DNA of 64,000 nucleotides. Source: Blepharisma stoltei ATCC 30299. Taxonomy: Eukaryota; Protista; Ciliophora. The stretch spans positions 310,001 to 374,000 of the forward strand of contig CBFDEM010000009.1 of NCBI GenBank assembly GCA_965603825.1. Reading direction: 5' to 3'. Below the pieces are notes generated by a model, which did no database searches, had not been told where the DNA came from, and was given only the letters and a program-made list of their open reading frames with translations. This document shows positions 47,665 to 58,716 of this stretch, piece after piece; within the stretch, counting starts at the first letter, position 1, and each line of letters starts with the position of its first letter. A program made the position numbers and the translations under genes.

Positions 47665-48486
47665 ATGGGATGCTGCGCTTCAAGAGATGTAATTTTTATA
47701 TAGAAACCTACTGATTCCAAAGACAACAAGCCACCTCACGCTGAAAAAGATAATATTGTCTCAGAAGCTCAAAAGCTGAATATAAGACCAATAGAAGAAA
47801 ACCTTGACATACAGTCCTATGATCTTTTAAAATATATTGAAGAATTAAACAGCACAGCATCATGAAATACCATTAAAGAAGACTCTTGGTTCAGCGTAAA
47901 ATCCATTCGAGGCACCAAATTCGACCAAGTTTCACCAGTAACTCGAGCATGGCTTCATCTTGATGAAAGAATTCCTTTAACAAAGCTTTTAGATGTGCTT
48001 TTGTTGCCTGAAAAAAGGAAAGAGTGGGATGAAGTCACAACTTTAGAAATTTTTGATGGGAATTTTCCTTCGTTATTTTATTTATATCAGAGTGTTATGC
48101 TTTTAGGGTTTAAAAATGATTACGTAACCAAAAATTTGGTAAAAACGAGTGATGATAGTGTGGTAGCGATTTCGTATAATGTTGAGAATGAGAAGAAGCC
48201 TATTGAGAAAGGATTTAATAGAGGGGTTATTCATTTTAATGTGATCATGGTAACTCTAGTTAATAACAGAACTGAAATAACTGTCTATAATCAGACCGAT
48301 CCGAAGAATAAACTAGGAAAAATGTCAGCAGATAAAAAAATTGAAAGTCTTGACAAGTGGTGCTTAAAACTTAAAACTGCAATTATGAAAGAAGTCGGTA
48401 AACAGACTAAATTGCAGGATAATGCTAATGAAGATACAATGATTGAGGAAGAGCCTAATAAAGCTGAACAAGTAATTAAAACTTAA
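47665..48486 (+). CDS. N-acylated (MGCC) START-like domain protein; 15-nt intron 47689-47703
   Basis: Intron GTAATTTTTATATAG; RKEWDE, DYVT, KGFNRG, QTDPK. Confidence 0.8.
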
Positions 48487-48541
48487 AGAATAAGCTATGA
48501 TTGATTTATTTTATTTTAATAAATAAAAAGGAATTAGACGA

Positions 48542-49216
48542 TTACTTAGAACATATATTAGCTTTAAACGAAAAATTGTGATTTTTCATAATATTTGTTA
48601 TGTAATCTAAATGCACAGGAGTCACTTGCCGCTCTGGAATTTTTATATGAACAGTATAGCTGTTATTACAGCTAATTTTCAAGGGAGTAAAGTTTCTTTT
48701 TCTCAAGACTGTAGTTGATTCTCTTTTAGGCTCAATTGATCTAATCCTCTTATGGCTTGAAGATCGCTGTGCTTTCCAAATCTTAGTGTCCTTAAATTTT
48801 ACACTAGTAAATGAGGTATTATCCAGGGTTGGAGCTTCTAAGGAAATTTCTGATATAGGTTGAGGCCTCATCCTTGATTCTTTTCGGGGAAGAAAAGTTA
48901 TGTAGAAATCGCTGTCTGGATCATGCATAGGAGATGGCGCTATTTTTTTCTTTAATCTTATGCTAGATGGGCTTTGATTTTTCGATTTATTAAAATAGCT
49001 GACTTTATCTGTTGATCTTTTGACTGATTGTGAGAATTTTTTATCTGAGCTTGATGCCTTTGATTTTAAATAAGGAAATTTTCGGGTAAATTCATCACAT
49101 TTCATATATGATGATTTAGGACTGAAATCTGTAGCTGCATCTTTAATAGGTTCTTGCTCTTCTAAAACTACAGGAGTTCTAACATGGAGAACTATTTTGT
49201 TTTCGTCATAAGCCAT
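48542..49216 (-). CDS. Basic low-complexity hypothetical protein
   Basis: 224-aa ORF. Confidence 0.65.
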   Translation of the reverse strand: MAYDENKIVLHVRTPVVLEEQEPIKDAATDFSPKSSYMKCDEFTRKFPYLKSKASSSDKKFSQSVKRSTDKVSYFNKSKNQSPSSIRLKKKIAPSPMHDPDSDFYITFLPRKESRMRPQPISEISLEAPTLDNTSFTSVKFKDTKIWKAQRSSSHKRIRSIEPKRESTTVLRKRNFTPLKISCNNSYTVHIKIPERQVTPVHLDYITNIMKNHNFSFKANICSK

Positions 49217-49399
49217 TTATTATCTTTCACTAAAAATCTCCTATAGTTTTCATGTTTAATTTTTGTTTAAAGAAATTTTTTTGAATAAATAAAATTCAAA
49301 ATATTATCAAAAATACCCTCATTGATTATTTCTTTAAGCAATCTTGATTTATAATTCATCAGTTATAACAGAAACTATTAAAAATGGATTTGAGTAATA

Positions 49400-49876
49400 A
49401 TGATATATTTATTATATTTTTGCATTTTAACTTACACGATTTCAAGCGGTTTGTCAATGAAAGGCTCACAAAATTCAATAAGCTCGGATTCTCAAGTGTT
49501 TTATAACCCAGATACAGGAGAAATTATAACAGAAGAAGAACGCCAAATATTAAAATCACAATATATTGCTGTAGTTGATAATGTAGTGGCTGCAGCAGTA
49601 TCTGACTATAATGCGTATGGGTTTTATTCTGTGACAGGAAAAGAGCTAAATGATGATATTCAAGCATTAATTAAACTTTACAAGATAATGGCTGATGATG
49701 AGAACGTTGTAATTAACAATATTGTTTATGATAAGGATAGCATACTAAAATACATAGAAGTTGATGAAGATTTAGCTACAAATTTTCAAGACAATGAAGT
49801 TTTGGTAATTAAAGGAAGTGATAGTGAATTTATGACAGAAGAAGAGCTTATGCAATTAGAAGAAGAAATTATTTAA
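49400..49876 (+). CDS. Putative secreted acidic protein
   Basis: Hydrophobic N-terminal signal; 158 aa. Confidence 0.65.
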   Translation: MIYLLYFCILTYTISSGLSMKGSQNSISSDSQVFYNPDTGEIITEEERQILKSQYIAVVDNVVAAAVSDYNAYGFYSVTGKELNDDIQALIKLYKIMADDENVVINNIVYDKDSILKYIEVDEDLATNFQDNEVLVIKGSDSEFMTEEELMQLEEEII

Positions 49877-50679
49877 TATATCAATTTTAGAATAATGAAA
49901 AGTAATTATTTTGACTGCAGTTGAAGGTTTATTATAACATTTAAATCTAACGGAACTTTAAATTTAAAAAATTTATTATATTTTATCCACTAATAGCATT
50001 TTTCCATTTTTATCAAGTAAATCATCTTTATATTATTTTAACTAGTCATAAAAGTATTTCAAATTTTTAAGAGCATTATAATTTTAAAATATATTTAGAA
50101 ATTGTTTTATCATTGGCTGATTTTCTATTTATCATCTTTTGGTTCGTTAAAATCTATCCAATTTTCGATTACAACAAACACAAAGTTGCCATTTTTAAGG
50201 ATTCTAGTGGCTCTTTTTTTAAACTAAACCTTTTACTAGAATTTGATTAAAGTCGTTGTGTGTGCACATACAAATTAAAATTAATTTAATGCTTGCCGAG
50301 AGGTAATTTTTATTAATTATTATAATAAAATTTTGTTCAATAAAAATTATTAACATAAAACTAATAAAGGATTCTACTTGAAAATCATAGCATGTGCTGC
50401 CAAAATTATACATAAGCAATAATCCTTTGAAATCTAGGGCTAACTTAGAGAAATTTAAAAATATCCATTGAGAAGTGATGATGTCATCAATATGGTATCA
50501 TGTACTTAAAGAACCTGCTTGCTTAAGATAGCAAATACCATAGAAAACATATCTTTATAAAAGATTTATAGGATCCTATACAATTTTAATTCAAATTCTC
50601 TATGTTTTTGAATGAATCATTCTTAAAACTGAATGCAAATAAATAGGGTTTTCTAAAAAGATTAATATTAATATAAATT

Positions 50680-51132
50680 ATGAACCACAACAAAGATAAT
50701 ATCATTGTCCCTGTTCCTATTCGTGTGAATCAAATTGGAACCAGCGAAAGCATCTTCAGTCAGCTTTCGGTCGAGCTGATGGCTGCAAAAGATGAAAACT
50801 TATGCTTAAGCAGAGAACTTGCCCAAGAAAAGCTAAAGAATCAACAACTTGAAACCTTCTTGAGATCCCTTGTTGGACCAAGCAAGGCAATACCAAGGAC
50901 AGAAAGTTCTATATCACTCGCCAGCACCGTTTCAAGCGTCAATGATACGGCTTATTATGTTGGCGCTTACACCCAAGAGGTGCGGAAGCAGAAAATACTT
51001 AAATACAAGGAAAAAATTAAAGCCCATCGGCAAAAAGTGCACGTATCGAGGGACTTCATTGGTCGTAGCTCGATAGCAAAGCAAAAAATGAGAATTAAAG
51101 GAAAGTTCGTAAAAAGTCCAGTACAAGTTTAG
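50680..51132 (+). CDS. Coiled-coil + CCT-motif protein
   Basis: RKQKILKYKEK...RSSIAKQKMRIKGKFVK matches CCT (R...RY.EK...R...A..R.R.KGRF). Confidence 0.8.
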   Translation: MNHNKDNIIVPVPIRVNQIGTSESIFSQLSVELMAAKDENLCLSRELAQEKLKNQQLETFLRSLVGPSKAIPRTESSISLASTVSSVNDTAYYVGAYTQEVRKQKILKYKEKIKAHRQKVHVSRDFIGRSSIAKQKMRIKGKFVKSPVQV

Positions 51133-51556
51133 TTTACTTTAAGTACCTTAAATTATCTTTATAAGCAATCACCAGATAGGGAATTTAATTCTTACATTAA
51201 AATTTGTGGAATCAAATTATGTCATTTTTATTTTATATGTGTGGAATAAATTCATTTGAAAATTGGTCATTTTTTATTGAATAATTTAATACCTATTAAT
51301 TAATTCAAATAAATATTACTTAAAAAATAACCATTTTATGAACTTTAAATTATTTTTATGAGGATATTTATTAAGATTTTAATTATTTTAGCAATACCAA
51401 TCAATTTTTAATAAAAAAATCCTTTTGTTAAACACCAAGTCTAGTTTCATAGCTAAAATTAAAAATTTTAGCTTTCTAATGTTTATTTAGCAATTCTAAT
51501 GCATTTCATAAACAAAAAACTATTGTAAAATATAGATAAATAAATTAAAAAGATAA

Positions 51557-52192
51557 TTATTTATTTCTTTTGCTTTTTCCATCCAATTTCCCACTCAACT
51601 TTGGATTCGACTTTTTAAGCTCCTCACACTCTGCATCAACAGCTTCAATTTTATTTGTCAACGAAGATATTAAATCTTGCATATCCTCAATTTCTTCCTC
51701 CAAATGGCTTACTAACTCTCTGCTATCCTTCAGCTTTTTTTCCAATTCCAGATTATTGCTTTTTTCTTTTTCAATTTCTTCAATAAGACTCGTCATTTTT
51801 TCTTCACTGATTTCTCCTGTGACATCAGCGCTTGTTTTTTCTAAAAATTTTACTAGCTGATTAAGTGCTGAAGGAGGATTTGCTTCACTTAATTTTTTGA
51901 AGTAATTATCCATTGATAAAGATGACGCTTTTTCATGAGTTTCAAGCAGTTCTTGTCTTATAGTTTCAAATTCTTGATTAACCATTGGATGAAGCAATAC
52001 AGCTTGGGTATTATTTTTAGCGTAGCTTGATCTGTTCAGCTTTATCTGATCTTCTATATCTGCAAGCTGAGCTTTTAATTGAGCAATTTCTTTGTCTTTG
52101 TATAAAATCATAACATTGGTGCGATTTTCCATGGCTTGCAAATCATAAAGCTCATTTAATGCTTCTTCATAAGAAAGATGAGACTCTGCCAT
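51557..52192 (-). CDS. WTAP/FIP37/Mum2-like coiled-coil protein
   Basis: KDKEIAQLKAQL...LLHPMVNQEF..IRQEL resembles WTAP KEQE...DPAIN.F..MK.EL. Confidence 0.6.
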   Translation of the reverse strand: MAESHLSYEEALNELYDLQAMENRTNVMILYKDKEIAQLKAQLADIEDQIKLNRSSYAKNNTQAVLLHPMVNQEFETIRQELLETHEKASSLSMDNYFKKLSEANPPSALNQLVKFLEKTSADVTGEISEEKMTSLIEEIEKEKSNNLELEKKLKDSRELVSHLEEEIEDMQDLISSLTNKIEAVDAECEELKKSNPKLSGKLDGKSKRNK

Positions 52193-52204
52193 GATAAATA
52201 TTAA

Positions 52205-53896
52205 ATGAAAATAGAAAAATTACAAATAAAACCAAAAGAAACTGAAAAGACTATTGTTGTAGGGCAATTTATAGGAAAAGAGAATAGAAAGTATAGCCGA
52301 GAAAGAATTATGACGTTAATTTATTTTTTGATAAATCCAAGTGAAGAATTTGAATCCTCATGGCTAGCTTATAAGGCTGAAATAAGGATTTTACAAAGAG
52401 AGCAGCCAGAAGCGTGAATGAATGAGTTAAATGAGATATCAAATTTATGTGGAATAAGCACAGACAGGCTTTTCAATTTTTTAGAAAATTCACAAAAGCT
52501 AGATTTATTATTGAAAAATGATGTTTTGAATGATTTAGATATTTTATATAATAATGCATCATTATTTATCCCACATGAAATTGAGAACTTCAAACATTAT
52601 CTTCAGCAATATTTCACAGCTCAAAACATTGAAAAAATGATAATAAATTGAATAAAACAATCTGACTATGAAGCGCTTTATAAATATACAAGATTACTAA
52701 ATATTTATAATCCTCCACTTCTTGATCATCATTTGACTCAAATTTCTTCACAATTATTCGAAAATTGGCCGCTTGCTGAAATTATGATGTTTATTGAGTC
52801 AATGCTAAAAATTTTGAAAATAAATCCAAGTGGAAAACTCCTCCATGGGGTTTATATGCAGCTTTCAAGGAGAATTCAGGATAAAGATGGTTTCGAAGGA
52901 ATTTGTAGCTATTTCGATACAGAATTAAGAGAAAACCGCAAGCCAAAAGGGCAATGTGAGCTTTTCATGCTTTGTGAAGACAAAGATAAGCTGGAAAAAC
53001 TTTACCATATACAAACTATATATAGGATTATCAATGGAAATGATTTAGAGCTTGAACGTGATTCTTTAAAAGAGCTTAAAGAATTGTCTGGCTCTGAACG
53101 TATGGACTCAATAGCAACACTTATAGAAAACGCGTTTGAGTCTAAAGAATATAATGTGGTAAAATCAATAAATGTTTTAACTTTATCTCATAAAGCATGA
53201 TGCTCAAGTATAACTCCTTATCCAAAAATAAAAAATATTCTGGAGTATATTCCAAATTCACTGCCTCAACAACTATCAAATCTGGTTATAGAATATCAAA
53301 ATTTTTATTTAAAGAAAAACGAAAAAAAGCAGCTGAAATGGGCATATTTATTAGGAAATCTCGAATTAAAAACAGGATCTTTGACAATTGCATGTAATTT
53401 TCTTCAGAGTTTAATAATTTTAATGTTCAATTCAGTGGACGAGATAGATGAGAACGAAATCATGTATAAATTATTTAGAAATAACATAAAAACATCTATC
53501 TTAACTGAAGAAATAGTACGAATGGAAATTGAAAAATTAAAAATGATTATTGAGAAAAGCGGTACAAAGTTGAGGCTAAATTTAAAGAAAAATGTTGAAA
53601 TTATTAATTTGGTAGAAACTGAGAATAAAGAAAAAGAAAACAGTTTATATAGCAATGTAGAAGAAGATAGGAAGCCAATGTAAAAAATAATTAGATTGGA
53701 TGCAGCATTAATGAAATTATTAAAAAAAAACAAGCAGATGACAATAAGTGCTTTAATTGAAAGAGTAGTACCATTAATGCCATTTAAAGTAGCGGGTGAG
53801 CTAATCAGTATAAGGCTAGAACATTTAGTAAAAAGTGAGCTCCTTTGGGAAGTTGAAGGGTAAAATTTATATAGAACTTATGGCTATATTCCATAA
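52205..53896 (+). CDS. Short divergent cullin-like protein; 15-nt introns 53680-53694 and 53860-53874
   Basis: DKDGFE..Y...L..., VLTLSHKAW, FY......QLKW...LG, EEDRKPILDAALMKLLK, terminal YGYIP after splicing. Confidence 0.78.
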
Positions 53897-54019
53897 AGTA
53901 ATGCTATTTTTCTAAAAAATTTTGCCAAATTAAATAATTTAATATAAAAATTATAAATTTATGACCTAATAAAAACTGTCATAGCAAATAATGATGCGTT
54001 AAATTATAAAGCAAATAAG

Positions 54020-54439
54020 ATGGTTATTTTTAGTATTCCAAAATATATCTTCAGAGTGATTCATATATTTGCAGGATGCTTTATTCTTGGAAATGCATTT
54101 GCAGATCTCATATGAGACGAAAGAGACCAAGACAGCTATACCATTATGAAGCTCCTCTGCGTAATTTTTTTATTAATTTCTGGAGCTGCTAATTTCATGC
54201 CAAACGAAATTTTTGATGTTGATAAAAATATTCTTTGGGTGAAACTTATCCTCGTAAAAATTGTTCTTTGGCTATTTTATTTGCCTTACTTCTGGGCTTG
54301 CTTAATTGGTTTATTCTCTCCTTCAGCGATTATTGAAGTTATTTTAGCTGTTATAATCATTCTAATAAGCAGTTTTGCAAAAACAGTGAGAGAAGGGGAT
54401 GTCAAGATCCCTGAAGAGATAGCAAATTTAAGGGATTAA
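54020..54439 (+). CDS. Small 4-TM protein, copy 1
   Basis: Paralog of 54910-55341; TGA at 54113 aligns to TGG; 3-codon deletion. Confidence 0.75.
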
Positions 54440-54465
54440 TGTATTCAATTAGCCATACTTTAATT

Positions 54466-54852
54466 ATTTACCATTAGCGAGAATTCTTAATAATGGGGGG
54501 ATATTAAAATTTTATCCATAACTTTGGTGCTGGGACCTTTCATCAAATCTGCCATTTATAGTCTTTTATAGGGACTGATTTTTCGTATGGGATTTTCCCT
54601 AAAATATCTTTATTAGATTGTCTAAAATTTGAATGTGACGTTGTGCATCTTGACCTTGTAGTCAAACTTTGGGCTGAAAATACTCTTATGAGATGAGGAT
54701 TAAGAAATCCGCTGATTTCCCATTTCAAATTAGAAGTTTGGGGTCTACGATCTTTAGTATCTCGGATAGTTGAATACAGAAATGCCTCGTTTTTTACAGT
54801 TTCATATACAAACTCTTTTTTATCCTTTGTAGGTGCCAGCTTAAACAATGAG
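54466..54852 (-). pseudogene. 5'-truncated, frameshifted copy of gene 55366-56022
   Basis: Near-identical to the 3' half; 1-nt deletion after WQI and a further deletion near 54500. Confidence 0.85.
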
Positions 54853-54909
54853 ACATCCCATACAAACTGTCATGGCGAAATAATGATGATTTAAATTATA
54901 AAACAAATA

Positions 54910-55341
54910 ATGATGCTGATTTTTAGTATTCCAAAATACATCTTCAGAATGATTCATGTATTTGCAGGATGCTTTATTCTTGGAAATGCATTTGCAGATC
55001 TCATATGGGATGAAAGAGACGAAGACAGCTATGCCCTTATAAAGTTCTTGTGCTTAATCTTTTTATTTATTTCTGGGGTTGTTAATCTTATACTTTTAAA
55101 GCCAAGCAAAATTTTTGATGAAAATACAAATAAGCTTTGGGTGAGACTTATCTATGCAAAACTTGTTCTTTGGCTGTTTTATTTGCCTTACTTCTTCGCA
55201 TGCTTAATTGATTTCTCATATCCTTCAGCGATTATTGAAGTTATTTTAGCTGTTATAATCATTCTAATAAGCAGTTTTGCAAAAACAGTGAGAGATGGGA
55301 ATGCCAAGACCCCTGAAGAGATAGCAAAATTAAGAGATTAA
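54910..55341 (+). CDS. Small 4-TM protein, copy 2
   Basis: 143-aa hydrophobic ORF. Confidence 0.8.
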   Translation: MMLIFSIPKYIFRMIHVFAGCFILGNAFADLIWDERDEDSYALIKFLCLIFLFISGVVNLILLKPSKIFDENTNKLWVRLIYAKLVLWLFYLPYFFACLIDFSYPSAIIEVILAVIIILISSFAKTVRDGNAKTPEEIAKLRD

Positions 55342-55365
55342 TATATTCAATTAGCCATACTTTAA

Positions 55366-56022
55366 TTATTTACCATTAGCGAGAATTCTTAATAACGGAG
55401 ATGAAGGCTCTTCTTCTTGGGATGTTAAAATTTTATCCATAACTTTGGTGCTGGGACCTTTCATCATTATCTGCCATTTATAGTCTTTTATAGGGACTGA
55501 TTTTTCGTATGGGATTTTCCCTAAAATATCTTTATTAGATTGTCTAAAATTTGAATGTGACGTTGTGCATCTTGACCTTGTAGTCAAACTTTGGGCTGAA
55601 AATACTCTTGTGAGATGCGGATTTAGAAATCCGCTGCTTTCCCATTTCGAATTAGAACTTTGGGGTCTACGATCTTTAGTATCTCGGATAGTTGAATACA
55701 GAAATGCCTCGTTTTTTACAGTTTCATATACATACTCATTTTTATCCTTTGTAGGTGCCAGCTTAAACAATGAGCCATTGAAAATTTTATATTTATCTCT
55801 ATACATTGGGTCTTTTGATTCAGGAGCTCTAGGCATCAGCGCTTCTTTTTGCCATGGCCATTTGATGCTTTCAGTTAAATTTGTCTCAGATTTTATATTT
55901 CTCGAATGTTTTCTATTCAGAAAACAATAATTCATAGTAATGCAATTTATCGGCGGATTGTCATCTATTCTTTTTGTAATGAAGCTTGAAATCGGCTTTT
56001 TATTGGATTCATGTCTTCTCAT
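55366..56022 (-). CDS. Hypothetical basic protein
   Basis: ATG at 56022 in TAAAAATG context; the upstream extension in the ORF track overlaps the neighbouring gene. Confidence 0.7.
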   Translation of the reverse strand: MRRHESNKKPISSFITKRIDDNPPINCITMNYCFLNRKHSRNIKSETNLTESIKWPWQKEALMPRAPESKDPMYRDKYKIFNGSLFKLAPTKDKNEYVYETVKNEAFLYSTIRDTKDRRPQSSNSKWESSGFLNPHLTRVFSAQSLTTRSRCTTSHSNFRQSNKDILGKIPYEKSVPIKDYKWQIMMKGPSTKVMDKILTSQEEEPSSPLLRILANGK

Positions 56023-56035
56023 TTTTATATTAAAA

Positions 56036-56743
56036 ATGCTAACCTGGCTAGGACATAGCTCTTTTAAGCTAGAATGTAATGACTCGTCCAATAACGCCAA
56101 AAAAATAATTTATGTTGACCCTTGGCTGAGTGGACCAACTTGTCCAGAAAATGAAAAAAATCCAAATCACGCTGATTTGATTTTGGTTACACATTGCCGT
56201 GAAGAAGCAATAAATGATATAATAATGCTAAACCAAAGAACAGGAGCTATGGTTGTAGGGGCTGGCGATTTTTCAAGATATTTACATTCAAAAGGTGCAT
56301 CATCGATTTACTTTATGAATAAAGGAGGGGAGTTTGAAAATTCGTATATTATTGCACATATGGTTCATGCAGATAATTCAAGCCCTGAGCTGAGCGATAA
56401 AGCTTATATAGGGACTTCTGTTGGATTTGTAATAAATTTCAAAGATGGCTCCCCAGCAGTGTATTTTGCGGGGAATACAAATGTAAATTCAGAGATGAGG
56501 ATAATTAGTGATTTATATTCTCCAGATATTGCGATTTTACCGATTGAAGGAAGATATACAATGGGCCCAGTTGGAGCTGCATATGCAGTCACTCATTTTC
56601 TTGAATCTGTAAAAGCTACAATACCTATGTCTTGGGAAATAGGTTCAGAAGCACCCCAGCAGCTTGCAAAAGCTCTGCAGCCTCAGCATAAAGTTTATGT
56701 CATGAGCCATGGAGAAACTATAGAATTAAGAAGCATAATTTAA
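56036..56743 (+). CDS. UPF0173-like metallo-beta-lactamase-fold protein with degenerate metal ligands
   Basis: MLTWLGHSSF, IYVDPWL, ADLILVTH, MNKGG, PDIAILPI.G.YTMGP..AA, IPM. Confidence 0.85.
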   Translation: MLTWLGHSSFKLECNDSSNNAKKIIYVDPWLSGPTCPENEKNPNHADLILVTHCREEAINDIIMLNQRTGAMVVGAGDFSRYLHSKGASSIYFMNKGGEFENSYIIAHMVHADNSSPELSDKAYIGTSVGFVINFKDGSPAVYFAGNTNVNSEMRIISDLYSPDIAILPIEGRYTMGPVGAAYAVTHFLESVKATIPMSWEIGSEAPQQLAKALQPQHKVYVMSHGETIELRSII

Positions 56744-57132
56744 TTTTAACTCAGAGAATTCTACTTATTCATGCTTATATTTATGAGTTGAATCTATTTT
56801 AGTGTAATTATTTTTGGTATTTAAAACTTTACTCTAAAGCTGAAAATCATTTTTAATACTAATAAAATAATTTTATGAATAAAATTTATTAAATATAATT
56901 CTACTCCACTAAAATCATTCGTGCTTAACAACAGACTATATTTTTCGTACAGCTGCAGCTTTATTTCAGTAAAAAATTATATAAGAATTATTATCAGTAG
57001 TAAAAATAAAACTGCCCAATTTTGATAAAATTAAAAAGCTAAGTTCTTATTTCGCTTATAATTTTATTTGACTTATCATTTTGATTGACTCTTCTTGATT
57101 ATTTATTCTCTTAATTTTTGTCGATATACTTC

Positions 57133-58698
57133 ATGACAGAAATGGCTACTTTATCACCGCTAAAAGTAACAATTATCACATGTACAGCGGTTGTCGTAGT
57201 TTTTAAGCTGCCTAGATGGATTAGAACAATTCGCCGTAAAGGACTCAAGCAAATAGTCGTCCAAAAACTTTCTCGTTTTCTCTTAAAGTTCGAATACTTC
57301 AAGAAACAGTTTGACTCAAAAAATGAAGAAGCAAAAGAATCAGTCCAAAGCGTTTTGCTTGCCCACCGTGAAAATCCAATTTTTACTCTTCCTGAGCATG
57401 GCCTTGACCCTCAAATAATCCTCGAAAGACTCCACAAATGGGCAGAAAGAGATCTTGAGTTCCAAAAAGGAGGCAGAATATCAGGTGCGGTATACCATGG
57501 AGGAAAAAATCTTCAGCTATTAGCTGCAGAAGCCATGAAATCTTTTACAATCAGCAACCCTTTGCATCCTGATATTTTCCCTGCTGTCAGACAAATGGAA
57601 AGCGAAATAGTCCAAATGACTGTTAATTTGTTTAATGGAGGCCCAAATGCTTGTGGGATTTTAACACAAGGAGGCACTGAAAGTTTGCTGCTGGCAATGT
57701 TAGCTTATAGAGAATGGGGAAGAAGAAGGGGTATAACTGAGCCAGAAATTATTGCTCCTGTAACTGTTCATGCTGCTGTAGAAAAAGCGGCGTTTTATTT
57801 TGGGATGGAATTGGTTCATGTGAGAATGGGGCCTGATTATAAGGTAGATATTAGGGAAGTCAGGAGAAATATTACAAGTAATACGGTTGTTATTATAGGA
57901 AGTGCTCCAAATTATGCGAATGGGATTATAGATGATCTTCAAGAATTAGGGAGATTAGCATTAAGATATAAAAAGAATTTCCATATTGATGCATGCTTAG
58001 GAGGATTTCTGCATCCTTTTCTGAAGGAAGCTGGGTATGATATCCCTGCATGCGATTTCTCAGTTCCTGGTGTAACCTCAATTTCTTGCGACCCTCATAA
58101 GTATGGATACACTCCTAAAGGAGTTTCATGCCTTATGTTTGCAAACCCAGAGCTCAGAAAATTCAGTTATTTCACATCTGCAGGGTGAACTGGAGGAGTT
58201 TATGTAACCCCTACTCTTTCAGGAAGCAGAACTGGCTGCATATCTGCAGGTGCCTGGGCCACTATCTTAAGTATGGGCCGCAACACATATATTGAATGTG
58301 CAAAAGCTATAATGGACGCAGCAAGCTACATAAAGAGAGAAATTGTAAAAGTCCCTCACCTAGAACTTATGGGTGACCCAGTTATGAGCATCATTGGGTT
58401 TACCTCAAAAACTATTAATATATGGGCACTTGTCTCAATAATGAGCAAAATTGGAGGCTGGGGACTAAATGCTACACAAAGCCCACCTGGAGCTCACTTT
58501 TGTGTGACTTATGCTAATGCTTCACAAGCTGAGCAGTTCATTCAAGATCTTTATAAAGCTGTTGAAGAAGTCGAAAAGTGTGCAGACATGAGCGCCTATC
58601 AAACTTGCCAATTATATGGACTAATTGCTGAATTTCCGGACAAAACAATTATTGGAGATATTTTAACAAACTACGCAGATTGCTTATTTACCGCTTAA
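57133..58698 (+). CDS. SGPL1: Sphingosine-1-phosphate lyase
   Basis: ISGAVYHGG, NPLHPDIFP..RQMESE, GGTES, HIDACLGGF, SCDPHKYGY.PKG, (W)TGGVY..PT..GSR. Confidence 0.95.
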
Positions 58699-58716
58699 TA
58701 AGAAATAAAGATTTAA

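Larger units (their letters stand above)
53973..55774. repeat. ~0.9 kb tandem segmental duplication (copy 1 ~53973-54852, copy 2 ~54863-55774)
   Basis: Long near-identical stretches covering a 4-TM gene and the 3' half of the convergent gene. Confidence 0.95.

Noticed and set aside
50467-50552. TGATGATGTCATCA palindrome and TATGGTAT/ATACCATA hairpin followed by AGAAAACA (C/D or H/ACA snoRNA-like)
   Set aside because: No box D, and the pocket does not place a U correctly on the rRNA match I could recall
53395-53408. GTAATTTTCTTCAG as an intron in the cullin-like gene
   Set aside because: 14 nt, no -6 A, and the frame is already open and cullin-like through it
55940-56100. Apparent 160-nt antisense overlap of two long ORFs
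   Set aside because: Artefact of alternative start calls; homology starts at ATG 56036 and the opposite gene plausibly at 56022
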